DNA of 44,055 bases, counting the filler, from Sphacelaria rigidula (taxonomy: Eukaryota): NCBI GenBank assembly GCA_964200075.2. It is 2 parts of 2 records of this genome, joined end to end, with 100 filler letters (N's around TTAATTAATTAA, not from the genome) between each part and the next. Parts side by side here need not be neighbours in the genome. Positions count along the whole stretch, not along the records: positions 1 to 21,979 come from CAXNAA020000367.1; 1 more part is not named here. One strand, written 5' to 3'. The notes under the pieces are model-generated. The model ran no database searches. It was not told the DNA's origin and was given only the letters and a program-made list of their open reading frames with translations. The translations under genes and the position numbers were made by a program. Positions 1 to 11,159 of this stretch are shown in pieces (position 1 is the first letter of the stretch; each line of letters begins with the position of its first letter).

Positions 1-640
1 GGAAAGGGTTAGTTCGACGCCCGGGGTTGTTTCGCCAGTAGTGCCCATGCGACGCGCTTCATCTAGTCTGAACCAGCTATCACGCCTTGTATGGCCACCT
101 CCGCCGTGGCTGTATTTAGAACCGGTTTCGCGGTGGAGCTGTTGAACAACACTACTGTTGTGGTGCAACGCGCTTCAAAACAATCGAGCCGTTTGTTTTG
201 AATTTAACCCTTTTGGATCCCATTGACGATTTTTGTTTGTGTGAATCGGCATTATTTTCAGTCATCTTCAAGTCAAAATGATGCCGATTCACACAAACAA
301 AAATCGTCAATGGGTTTCCAAAGAGTAAAAGCCGCGGCAGCTGTAGTTTGAATATCTCTTCTGACGGTCCCAAATGGGATCTGATGCAGCGACGAAAAGC
401 ACTGGCACCCTCCCCTCAGATGGGATTTGAGACAACTGTGGGGGTATTTGGTGAACATCGCTCGAAATGAAATATGTAGAACAGTATTCCGGGGTATCAT
501 AAGTACATGTTCCCCGCTTCAAAATCGAAATTTCCTTGCTCGAACCCTTTACACCTGTTACAATGAACGACTTCTTTTCAAGAAAACAACCCGTTATTTC
601 CGGACTTCCCCTGGGGTCTGATCGTAACGCTGAGGTTGTC
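1..640 (+). mobile_element. Decayed LINE-like repeat, left arm of a fold-back pair (runs off the window start)
   Basis: Colinear and in the same orientation as about 42600-43110 (shared ccagctatcacgccttgtatggccac, caagaaaac..ccgttattt, ctgaggttg). It is interrupted by the MITE at 208-325. The LINE assignment is inferred from the 42-44 kb copy. Confidence 0.55.
208..325. mobile_element. ~118-bp hairpin MITE with ~50-bp terminal inverted repeats (TIRs)
   Basis: Left arm cccttttggatcccattgacgatttttgtttgtgtgaatcggcattatttt pairs with aaaatgatgccgattcacacaaacaaaaatcgtcaatgggtttccaaagag. It is absent from the paralogous arm near 740-755, whose empty site reads gaatttaaaagccg. Flanks are TTAA on the left and TAA on the right, with a CCC start. 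Confidence 0.8.
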
Positions 641-1470
641 TCAAATCCCATCTGAGGATGACGGTGCCAGCGCTTTCCGTTGCTGCACCAGATCCCGTTT
701 GGGACCGTCACCAGAGATATTCAAACTACAGCTGCCGCGGCTTTTAAATTCAAAAGAAACGGCTCGATTGTTTTGAAGCGCGTTGCACCACAACAGTAGT
801 GTTGTTCAACAGCTCCACCGCCGGTTCTCAACACAGCCACGGCGGAGGTGGCCATACAAGGCGTGATAGCTGGTTCAGACTAGATGAAGCGCGTCGCATG
901 GGCACTACTGGCGAAACAACCCCGGGCGTCGAACTAACCCTTTCCCCCGTTGTGTGAGCTGTGTGCTTTATCGTGGGGCACCCATTTGATCCAACTGACC
1001 ACTGTACTGTGGTGATGCTGTGCTATGGTTATGGTATATCTCAGCAGACTGCTGAATGACGCGGCGTTTCAAAGATCATTGGCGTCTGCCGCCGCATTGG
1101 ATCGTTTCGCTGACGGCGGTCGTCGCCGGCGCAACAGTATGAAGTCTCTCTCTGATACTCAACAAGAGGCGCTGGAAAACTCAATGACTAGTCCAAAGAA
1201 GTATGTTTTCAGCATGCTTTGTTACGTGTTCCGTGGCGCTTAGACGCAAGGGTTGCTCGATAGATGCGGCACAATGCATTAGGGCGACTTTTCGGTTGGA
1301 CTGCACACCATCATGCTTTTGCTGTAGTGCAGGAAGTTCTCGGTTAGGGGCACATGGTCGAAACCACTTGCGACTCCCAAGCCTTTTGAACAAAGTGAAT
1401 GAAATTTCGATGGTCCGTTAAACCTCAAGAAAGTGTTGAACCTCAAGAACGAATCCAGACTGTTACAAGG
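634..1470 (-). mobile_element. Decayed LINE-like repeat, right (inverted) arm
   Basis: 634-945 is the reverse complement of 1-436 minus the MITE, and 634-1470 matches about 42073-42909 in reverse. A minus-strand frame reads NSLDSFLRFNTFLRFNGPSKFHSLCSKGLGV, resembling the LD..IR...GGLG region that follows non-LTR reverse transcriptase (RT) domains. Confidence 0.55.
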
Positions 1471-2446
1471 TGCCCAATGTGGGCGACATTGGCGAAAACG
1501 ATCCTCAGCGTAGAAGGTTTCAGCTGCTTGGTGTGCTCGACTTTTGTCATTCTACTTCACACGAACATTTTACCTACTGAACCTAGCCAGTTTTCTCGGG
1601 GGAGATGGGGGGGGGTGTACTTATAATCATGCATACCATAGTCATCAGACCATTGACCTCGCACGGGTCGCACGGGGGGGGGGGGGGAAGAGGGGAGTGG
1701 GAGCTATCGCGGCATCATTCGCTCATACGTGTCACGCGACCCAACTCACTCTAAGTGCGCTCGGTTTCGGATGAAGATGGTGTCAAGCAATTTGAACAAA
1801 CGTCATTTATCTATAACAAGCGCGTCCGATGAGTCGTTGCTGCTTCCGACGACGGCTTGAGTGGAATTTCGTGGAAAAATGGCCCGAGATATCCCCCTCC
1901 CCCTTTTGGAGCATGACTCTTATCCTGGTCTTTTCCTGGCCTTAACACCTTGACAGATGACATCATACAAGAAAAGGAAAGAAGACGGAAGAAAAAAAAT
2001 AGGATAGAATCTAACGTGGTACTGTGGATATCGAAACTGCGACCAATTCACCATATTAGTTTCATGATTTATGGGGAGATCAACATTTGGACATGTGAGG
2101 AGAAATTTCCGTTTGTGACCTGTAACCTCGTCAACGGCTGTTATAGGTGCAAGTCTCACTGCCGGGAGTGTCGAAACTCTCATATAAGTACAGCCGGATT
2201 TGGGACCCCAAGGTAACAGGGATCTTTCCTGCAAGCTACTGCCAAGCCTCGGGGATCACACTCTCTCGCAAGATTTCCTCTGCCCTAACTGGTGCCGAGT
2301 AATCAAGCTGCCTAAGCCCAGCGACTACGGCCAATCGTTGACTACATAACACGAGAGAAATCATCGGCCACCTTCTACGGTTGCTACCATCCTCCGGAGG
2401 TCTCACGACGTTCATATTGATTGGTTGACACCAGTTTTAGACAGTT

Positions 2447-4560
2447 GTGCAAAGCCCTCTGGACCTATTTTTTGGTCAGGGTACAGATACGGCGACCCCT
2501 ATCCATTCATGGCGAAAAACGGCAGAAGGAGCTGCAGGAGCAGCAGCAGGAGCATCTACCACCACCACCACCACCACCACCACCACCGCCTCAACAACAA
2601 CAACAACAACAACAATGCAAAGGGACAACGCCCCAAGCAGGGTCAACCCGCCAGCAGCGACAGCAGAAATTGCTTCAGTGCCCTCCGCGAGGAAGACGAA
2701 AGCAGTACCAGTGGACCGTGAATCAGACAATGCTGGCGGGTCCTCATCACCCAGAGCCTTCACTTTTGCGGACTCATCCCCAGGATACCTGAAGGAAGCA
2801 GTTCTCCACCTCGCGCTCGAAGCCATCGAACAGCACACGGAAAAAGGGGCGGATCCTCCCGAGTTGGCCCTGCGAGCACTGGAGATGCTGGATTCTGCTC
2901 ACGACGTCGTCAAGCAAGTGCACCAGGTGAACAGTAGTGCGGTAATTACTTAGGCAAATTCAGAGGTAGATGTAATCCGAAGTGGTCCGGTACCTTCACG
3001 TCACGGGGATCCTGTACCTAATGACACGACGCTGTCAAGCACTCGTAGTGTACCAGCACCAACCACGTCACCTCGGTTGTCCCGGGCGACTAACGAAAAC
3101 GCAGCAATTCAATTTACTGCACTGACTCATTCTCCCGGAGCACCCTCTCAAGCTGCGTCAATTTACGCCAAACTTTGCCCGAGCAGCGTAGGCTACACTT
3201 CTTCTATGAACCAACAGGTGATATATAACCCTCAGACATCGCCTCACATGCCTGTCAGGATATTTTCACCGCAAAGGCCACAACACCAGACCCCCTCGCA
3301 AGAAAACCAACTCCGATTAAGTACTGCCGACAGTATAGTCCATATGCCGCGTTTTACGCTCAAGCAGAACGATCTCGGTCCTAATATGGTTATAAGAGGA
3401 CTAGCAACCGAAGATATACCCACTAACATACGAGAATACCGCTCACGAGCAAAAAATAACTCGCAAGATCAGTGCACGCGGAAAATAATTGATCGCAGGT
3501 GTATCAAGCATTTACAGCTCTTTCTGAGGGACACAGCCCTCGACGCTGACATGGATCTGGTAGCCGGAACTTTGGAGTGGCGTACAGAAGCGAAACTCAA
3601 ACCACTTCGAGCACAAGGAGGCCAAGCAACTACTCGAGCCCCAGCAACTTATGATGAGTGGGTAGATGCTTGTACGAACTCATATTTCGGCGAAATCACA
3701 TTGCAATCCTCGCCGGGCCATAGCGAAGCTCAAGTTTGAAAAACACCACATAGAAGACTCGTACGCCCTGGAGTTGTCCAGAGCACACTCCCCTTTCTGC
3801 ACAGAAGTAGCACGAGTTGCTCCACGTGGTAGGGACACAGTTAGCTTTGTCCGGGAAGTCAGCCAAACGGCTGCTTTCAAAGCAGGGCTCCCGCCACACA
3901 TCAGAGTCGGAACGGTTCGTAAAGATCTCACACATACCTTCCAGGTTGCCAGAGCTCGCGCGAAGAAACATGAAACCAACAACTTGCGAAGGACCACACC
4001 TCAAACTTCCGATCTCTGCGCGACCCACGTTTCATCCGTCGTTGTGCATAACACATCTCAGCTTGCAGAAATAGTCGTTGACCAAGGTGAGCAGACTGAA
4101 AACTCTTGAAAGAGAGGCGGTGGGCTGGTGGCGACAGGGGAAGGTCGAAAAAACGTTCTTCTCATCTCGGCGAAAAACGTGGTCCGTCGTCATCTCCGAG
4201 TGATACGGAGAAGCGTAGTAGGTAGAAAGTAGGGGGAGCGAGAGACACGATGGTAAATCTAGGAAAAGAGGGTAATGCTGCATATATAAACCGTGCAATT
4301 CCGAGCACAATCATTCCAAACAAGACTGTTGGCTAAGAAACATAAGACAACTGCTAGCTTTAGGTGTTTGGTGGTGCCCAAAGCGGGGACCCTCGCCCAG
4401 TAACGAGAAACGTGTACAAGCGAAAAGAGCATCTACAGTAGTATCCATCAACGGAGATTCTGAAGTGGCACGCGTGACGCCAGAGTATAAAACATCGAGG
4501 GGAGAAATTGAGCACCGTCAAATGGGTGCCAACCCTCTGGCTGACCATCAAGAGGGCAAT
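2447..4560 (+). pseudogene. gag-like region of retrotransposon no. 1
   Basis: Broken ORFs 2447-2953 and 3077-3739 (same frame) and 3666-4109 lie upstream of the protease. A Cys/His knuckle-like peptide CIYKPCNSEHNHSKQDCW occurs near 4279-4332. Confidence 0.6.
2558..2614. repeat. Compound microsatellite (ACC)n-(ACA)n
   Basis: Directly visible. It encodes poly-Thr in the gag frame. Confidence 0.95.
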
Positions 4561-4879
4561 AAACGTGTGCGATTTGCGAGCCAGGACGTAGCTTCTCCTG
4601 TGAGCTCATACAAGAGAGTACAGTACATGAGGAAGCGGTTACGGCTTCGAAGGCTAGTACACAGGAGCAAGTTGGGAGTATAAGAGGTCAAGAAAAGATG
4701 TTCAGTAAGAGGCATCGCCACCTGGGCATCGCCACCCAAGCTGCTGTCGTAAGCGAGACGTCTCTGCATAATAATACAAAACACAGATCAACAGTTTTGC
4801 CCCCCAGCTCGAGCGAATTCACGCCTTCCCCGATGTCTTCGTTCGCCCGGTACCCTAGGAACCCGGCAACGTTGCGCCT

Positions 4880-7170
4880 GGCATCAGCCAGGGTGCAGGT
4901 ACCAGCCAGGGTAGATGGAACGGGGGTTCCAGCGATAACAAGTGATCCTGCTTCAGACCTCCCGACCATCAGTTTGAAGTACATCCGTGCACACCCCATC
5001 TTAAGCGAAGCGGACGTTCAATCTGTCCCACCGTGTTCTATTGATGTAGAGAGCGCCGACGGTTCACCAATCACGATAAAGGGATCTACTCGCTTTGCAC
5101 TCATACTAGGTGACATAACCATGCCCGTCGAAGCATTTGCCCTCCGGGACCTCAGTCCGGATCGCATGCCGACAGAGGACTCAGTGATGAGCGCATTCGG
5201 AGGGATTCTCGATTGGGAAGCAGAAATGTTGACGTTCCGAAATTCAACACTTCGCTCAATGCTACCCACAAAATAAAAGACAGAAACGTTCATCCGACGT
5301 TTTCCGACCATGGTTATTGTTCTGTCATACGGGTAGAATCGACTGAACCTGTACCAGTGCACCTCTTGAAGAGGTGCTCTGTCCCGCCTAAAAGCGAGAT
5401 GGCTCTTCTTGTCGAAAGAAATGAGTCGCCAACACTTACAATCGAAGCGGTCATTGAGCCACGGATTGTAACGGGTGAAGACCTCCAATCCTCAAAAGTA
5501 GTGGAAGTTTTGAGCCGCCTCATTGTAGCACGCACAGCCTGTACATAGTCAGCGGTCAATCAAACAGCTATTGTACAAGTAGCAAATCCGTCGAATCGGC
5601 ATGTTCAACTCCCACGAAATTTGCTTTTGGGATACATCTCAAAAGGGGGAACAAACGAGACGAGGGAAAACGTCAGCGCAATTTCACAAGTTGAACAGCA
5701 CAATACTGACGAACGAGAAGAACTGACGACAGCGCTGAAGAATGCATTTCAAAATACCACCTTTTCTGAATGTTAGAAGAGCCAAGTGCTCGATACATAC
5801 ATAAAATACAGATCAGTCTTCTGACTGTCACCACAGGAGCTAGAATATTGCACAATCGGGGAAGCAACATTTCCCCTAGTTCCAGGCACGAAACCCGTCA
5901 ATAGAGCCCCGTATCGGGTCAACCCCACGATACAAGAGGTCATCGATGAATGCGTGAGGGAGATGGCACGAGACGAGATTATTGAACAACGAGCCAGCCC
6001 ATGCGGCTCTGCAGTGATTATCGTAGCAAAACGTGACGGTACAGCCCGATTTTGTGTCCACTACTGATCCACGCTTGGTAAACGTCTTGTTCGAAAATCA
6101 TGGCCCATGCCTATTTGGAAGGTCACGTAGACACGATGGCAGGCGAAACGTTTATCTCTGTATTTCATGTACAAAGCGCGTTTCATCATACCCCAATCGC
6201 AGGGGAGTAGGAAGAACAAACCGCCTTCGTCACGGAAAAAGGTGAATAGGTATTCAACCGCCTGCCCTTCGGCTTGGCATTCTCCCCGGTCATATTTTTG
6301 CGAGGAATGGTTTTCACGTTTTCACACTTCAGATCAAAGGGCAGTCTGATAGTGTACATGGATGATTTAATCGCCTGTTTCTCCACATGGGAAACACACC
6401 TGACTCTACTGGAATACATGTTCAAAGCACTGAGAAAAGCAGGACATACCCTCAAACCCTCAAAGGATAGTTCGGGCCTAAGGAGATCAAGTACCTCGGC
6501 TACACTTTGTCCGCTGACGGGATCAAAATTGGGGAAGGCCGCGCAAAGGCCATACTTGATTTACCCACGACAACCAATATCAAGCAATTGCGGTCGGTGT
6601 TAGGCACGATCAACCTTGTGGGGAAATCTATTCCGAATCTCTCACAGGTAATCGCGCCGCTAGTAGATCTCACGAAAAACGAGAGCGTCAAAACAGTAGC
6701 AAAACGCTGGAATGCCGAACACGATGCAGCTTTCGCAGAAGTTAAAAGGCTTCTCACAACTGCTCCAGTCTTTCATTTCCCGGACTTTTCAAAATAGTGC
6801 ACTCTTCAAGTGGACGCCTCGAAGGAAGCGGCGGGCTCGGTGCTCACCCAAGATAAGGAAGGCGAGCCTGCAATCGTAGCGTACTTCAGCCAGCGTTTCA
6901 ATCATGCTCAGCGGACCTACTCTGTCACACCCTGCCAATTATATGCAGTTCTGTTAAGTATACAACACTGGCGCCAGTTCCTATGGGAAAGACATTTTCA
7001 CGTGTGTGACAGGTCATCCATGCAGCACTACGGTACCTCTATTCCATGCAAGACACGAGCAATATGTTGACAAGATGGGCGATAGCTTTACAGTCGTATG
7101 ACTTTTCCCTGAAGCACAAACCCGGAAAATTCAAGATTTTTCCGGACACTCTGTCAAGGCTTTTCCAGTT
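4880..7170 (+). pseudogene. pol remnant no. 1: aspartic protease, RT, RNase H
   Basis: Degenerate protease (VPARVDG...ESADGSPITIKG...GILDW). RT motifs APYRVNP, KRDGTARFCVHY, RLPFGL, VYMDDLI, IKYLGY. RNase H motifs VDASKE, VAYFSQRF, RWAIALQSYDFSLKHKPGK..PDTLSR. Multiple stops and frameshifts. Confidence 0.92.
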
Positions 7171-7361
7171 CGAGCAAGAGCAGAATCATGACATCAACCC
7201 CTGCTCGCGCCAATCTGTCGGAACGTCCCAGAGGACCCCGCATTACACCTGAAGAAACCGCACTACTCGTTTCAAATTGAGACGGAATAACTGAATAATC
7301 TGAAACCAGTACAGAGCGGTAGATAGATTTTCAGCATCGAAGTTACACACACGAGCGCTAC

Positions 7362-7554
7362 CAAGGGTCTGTCGAGAATATGTTTCGGGACACACGCAGG
7401 CCCCAACATATAAAGATTCGAGTTTTTGAGAGGGGTAGGAGGGGGGGGGGGGGGGGGGAACCCCAGTTTGTGGTCCCTAAGTTAAATACAAAGGGGGTAC
7501 GGCGACTGGCGAGGCGCCGGTTCAAANNNNNNGGGGGGATGTGGGGTGGGGGGT

Positions 7555-7587
<33 letters not shown>

Positions 7588-8130
7588 GGGACACCCAGTA
7601 TGCTGTCCCGTAGTTAAATACCAAGGCGTTGACGGATACGGTCAGCTGCCGTGTACAGAGATCCTTGGCATGAAGTCCGCTGAGATGACGGACACACCGC
7701 TCCTCCAAGCTCATCACATACCATGATTACATTAATGGGATCATGTTCCGTGTCGTGTGCCTCCACTACCTACCACTAGTAGTCCGGGTAAATTCGGCGA
7801 GGCGTGAGATAATGTTGCTACTTTGGCTACAGGATGTCGCTACCGTGCGCTCGTGTATTGCACATAGATGTGTGTGAGCATTGCCGGCAACCGAGGTCAT
7901 CAGGACAGGGCGGGCAAGGAGCAGAAGCAAATATACGAACCTCGCAAAGCCCGCCAGAATTTTCGGTTTGTGTTAGTATTTGTTGATCACTCTCTTTCAA
8001 CAATTTCAACAAAACAATCACAAAACAATCACAAAACAAAACTCAAAAATCACGACAATGTTCGAAATATTACCCTCCGGGAGGGGGGGGAGGGCTCCGT
8101 GTTCGAAAATTTTCTCTCGACAGACCCTTG
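7362..8130. mobile_element. Non-autonomous TIR DNA transposon, P-element-like termini
   Basis: TIR caagggtctgtcgaga... at the left and ...tctcgacagacccttg at the right. Flanks gcgctac (7355-7361) and gcgccac (8131-8137) form a 7-bp TSD with one mismatch. The interior contains Ns and G runs. Confidence 0.75.
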
Positions 8131-9015
8131 GCGCCACACATATTTCCACGTCTGTAGACAAAGACAACTTGGGAACCGAACAGGCGAACAAATATGGCTC
8201 ATATTTTCAATACCAGTTCCAGGGATTGCCCCCCGCGTGCCCACTGGCCGGTGGGACCAGGAGGTGTTGGACGTGAAGAAAGGTTGGGGCGGAAGAAAAT
8301 ATGTTTCAGGGGACAGGTGTAGTGGGTAGTGCAGGATGTGGAAAGGGCAGCTTGGGTAAGGGAGACGTGCGGACCATGCTGCTCTGGTCGCGAGATGAAT
8401 TTAAATGTATTCTACCTTTGTTGATGACTCCAAGTAGGCATTGTGTGTGATGTTGATTAGGGTGGAGACAATGTAGCGGGGGAGGAGGAAGAGCAGACTG
8501 GAGATGGGCGTGATGTGTTGGTCATGAAGCATATATTTCCGAACGGAAGACATGAATTTTCCAATGGAGGAATGCCTGAAGACTGAAGAGAGAGATGAAT
8601 CGCGAAAGACAGGAGGAAGGAGAACCTCGTCCGTTGTAATTTATTGTAGGTGATAGGAAACCGAAAGTGAGATGCAAGGGGAAACCCGGGTATTGGGGGA
8701 AAACCCGTCGCGAAAGCATACACACAGAATCGAAAACCAACCCAGATTTGAGGGTGAACCCAAAACCACCGTGACACGAAGAAAATCCTTGTCAAATGTA
8801 GTACCTATGACATATAACCTCGCAAGTTGTAGGAGAAACAGAACAAATGGTGTGTCCCACCGATGAAAGACGGGAATGCCGAGAAAGAACGTAGGCGGTA
8901 AGGCACTGAATGGAACGTGGGCATGCCACCGCGGAAACGGATCGTAGGAAACTTCACAGGTCGAACGAGTCATTACCCGTTTAGACGAGTGCACTCGTGG
9001 GTGTTTTTCCACAAC

Positions 9016-9127
9016 ACAACGAGCACGACTCGTGTGCTCGAGTCATTACTTTTTTTTACAACGAACAATGACTCGAATGCTCGCCCTATTCATTTGTTTC
9101 GACAACGAGCAATGACTAGAGTGCTTG
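9016..9127. repeat. Three spaced copies of a ~26-bp partly palindromic motif
   Basis: Consensus acaacgagcaatgactcgagtgctcg at 9016, 9058 and 9102, with periods of 42 and 44 bp. Confidence 0.75.
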
Positions 9128-9128
9128 C

Positions 9129-9608
9129 TGTCATGAGGAAGGAAGATAGAGAGGCGTTATTTGTTCCTTCAGACAGTTTTGGGGCAGGTTGACTTACAGA
9201 TTATCCGATCTGTTCATGGGATTACTCCCATAGGTTTTGGGGAAGATTGGCATACAGACTGGTATATCCCAGCCCCGAGGAGGAGGAACGCCTTCTCGGG
9301 CCTAGGTCAGATAGGTTGTGCTACTTGCACCCTCGATCACTCTCTGAGCTGGACCATCTGCTCCTACTGCTTACCTTTGGTGAGAACAGTACGCTAGGCG
9401 AGCAAGAGAATAATAAGCGAGAATAACAAGACATCAAGCCTTCGAGCTCCTTTTGTTTGTTTGCTACTGTTGACCATCAGCCACGTGAACCTGTGTGTGT
9501 GTGAAACACATATCTCTTGGACACATCATTGCACCTTGTGCATAGCTTGCAGCACATTGATCTATCAGGGAAGGTGTTTGGAGCCTTTCCATACCTATCC
9601 TTATTACA
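9129..9608 (+). repeat. Candidate 5' LTR of retrotransposon no. 2
   Basis: Starts TGTCATG and ends TTACA. It is followed after one base by TGGCGTTG, a primer-binding-site (PBS)-like TGG at 9610. The partner LTR is not visible because the element runs into the gap. Confidence 0.6.
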
Positions 9609-10443
9609 CTGGCGTTGACTTAATTGGCCGCGTCTTGCTTGGTTTTTCAGAGCCTTTCACTCGTATTCTTGGAGCCTCATTGCCTTGTTAGCTGTCTCTT
9701 TCTGTAGCCCTCGTTTACTGTCCCTCACTTTTGGTTGCCTTGTAGTTTTCCTTTTTTTGTAGCAGTATTCACAGTCCCTCGTTTTCATTTAGCTTTTAGA
9801 GTGCTTTCTTTTTTGCTGTGTTACAGTGCTGTTTTTCTGCATCCCTTCAGTCGCATTTCCGCCGCAGCAGCCATCATTGCGCCTCCATCGCTGGCACACT
9901 CTGCCTTTTGTCCTTCTATTGCTTTGGTCGCTCTTTGTGCTGAGCTCGCACTCTTAATCTTTAGTGCCCTTGCTCCCTTGTCATTGTTCTCCTGCCCCAC
10001 ATCGCTCGACGAACACGTCCAGCGCTGTGCAAATTGGTCGTTGTAGCCCCTTGCAGGCAGTTGACATTATACCTTAGTGGGCAGATCCAACACACGTCGC
10101 TTTTATCTTACGGAGCAGCGACCACCCTTTCTCCTTGCAGGACGTTGACACCTGTGTGCCGCTGCTGTGTCTATCTTGAAGTGTCCCCTCACCCTTGACA
10201 CTGACTGTTTTCGTGTTTTGGTTTCCCGCGTGCAACCCACACGCTTCCTTTTTCGGTGCAACAACTGTGTAGGTCGTAACTGCCGCTCCACCGTGTCGCA
10301 ATACTGTAGTGCACATTATCTGTTCTTCCGCGCGACAATCCGCCCTCACACGATTACTCACTGGTATCGGTGTATTACTTCTATCCCCGCACCCTCTCCC
10401 AGGTTTATACAACACCTCAGCCCCGCTCCTCAAACTTTCGGCC

Positions 10444-10640
10444 GGGTGTGTACTCCGCGATCCACTTTCCATCCTTTTGGGTGTGTACTACGCGATCCAC
10501 TTTTCGTCGTTGGGGTGTGTGTTACGCGACACTTTTTTCATTTTTTTTGTGTGTACTGGGTGATACATTTTTCATCTTTCGCGTGTGTACTACGTCACAC
10601 ATTTTTCCCTTTTGTTTCTATACTGCTTGATCCGCCCTTA
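10444..10640 (+). repeat. Degenerate ~34-36-bp tandem repeat in the retrotransposon leader
   Basis: About 5-6 units of ggtgtgtactacgcgatccacttttc... Confidence 0.75.
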
Positions 10641-11159
10641 GTCGCATCCTACGTGTTCCACCTTTTCCTCTTTGGCGGTGTACTACCTGGTTCGTTTCAC
10701 GGTTTACTATTTCTTGTTGTTTCGCACACCAGTATCCCCCTGCAGTCTTTTCAATATGGCGCCTGATCTGCACCAACAGTAGTGTTTCAATCGGCCTATA
10801 CGACTGTTCTCTCTTGGAGCCTTGCATTTTAATTCAGTGTTTAGCATCCTCGCTGCCGTCCTTTTGATTCTTTTTCTCGGCTAAATTTTCGTGTCTACTT
10901 TCGCGGTCTCGAGTTGTGTTCTTCTACACCTCCTGTGTGCGGTGTCCTACTTGCACCACTGAAGTACCCCTGTTACATTTGACGTGCACAGTGCGCCCGT
11001 CGGACATCTGTCCGGGTGTCTGCCTCCTTTCACAGTCGCCCAATGTTAGGTTTTGCTCTCGCATCGCCCACCTTTCTTGCGACAACTATTGGTTTTGTTT
11101 GTAAGTTTGTTCCTTTGCGACTATTAATACCTGTGGTACACCTTCAGTGCGTCTTCCTG

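Larger units (their letters stand above)
2447..8213 (+). mobile_element. Ty3/gypsy LTR retrotransposon remnant no. 1 (gag-PR-RT-RNase H, truncated before integrase)
   Basis: Domains occur in gypsy order with many stops and frameshifts. The reading frame resumes after the TIR element at 7362-8130 (THISTSVDKDNLGTEQANKYGSYFQY). No LTR pair was identified, so the boundaries are approximate. Confidence 0.88.

Noticed and set aside
1686..1906. Weak inverted repeat (gaggggagtgggagctatcgcggc versus ggcccgagatatccccctccccc)
   Set aside because: Short, low-complexity and without a clear TSD.
1596..2310. Possible LTR of element no. 1 (purine run then TGT at 1616; TGGTGCCGAG at 2290 as PBS)
   Set aside because: No CA end before the putative PBS and no second LTR copy in the window to confirm it.
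2421..2838. Poly-His/Asn, poly-Pro/Gln and poly-Val ORFs
   Set aside because: Alternative-frame translations of the microsatellite.
7432..7640. Poly-G tracts and a duplicated cccagt..gtccc.agttaaatac motif; poly-Gly/Pro ORFs
   Set aside because: They flank a run of Ns and probably reflect low-quality reads overlapping at a gap.
9016..9127. CRISPR-like repeat-spacer pattern
   Set aside because: Only three degenerate units, short low-complexity spacers, no cas genes, and a eukaryotic transposon context.
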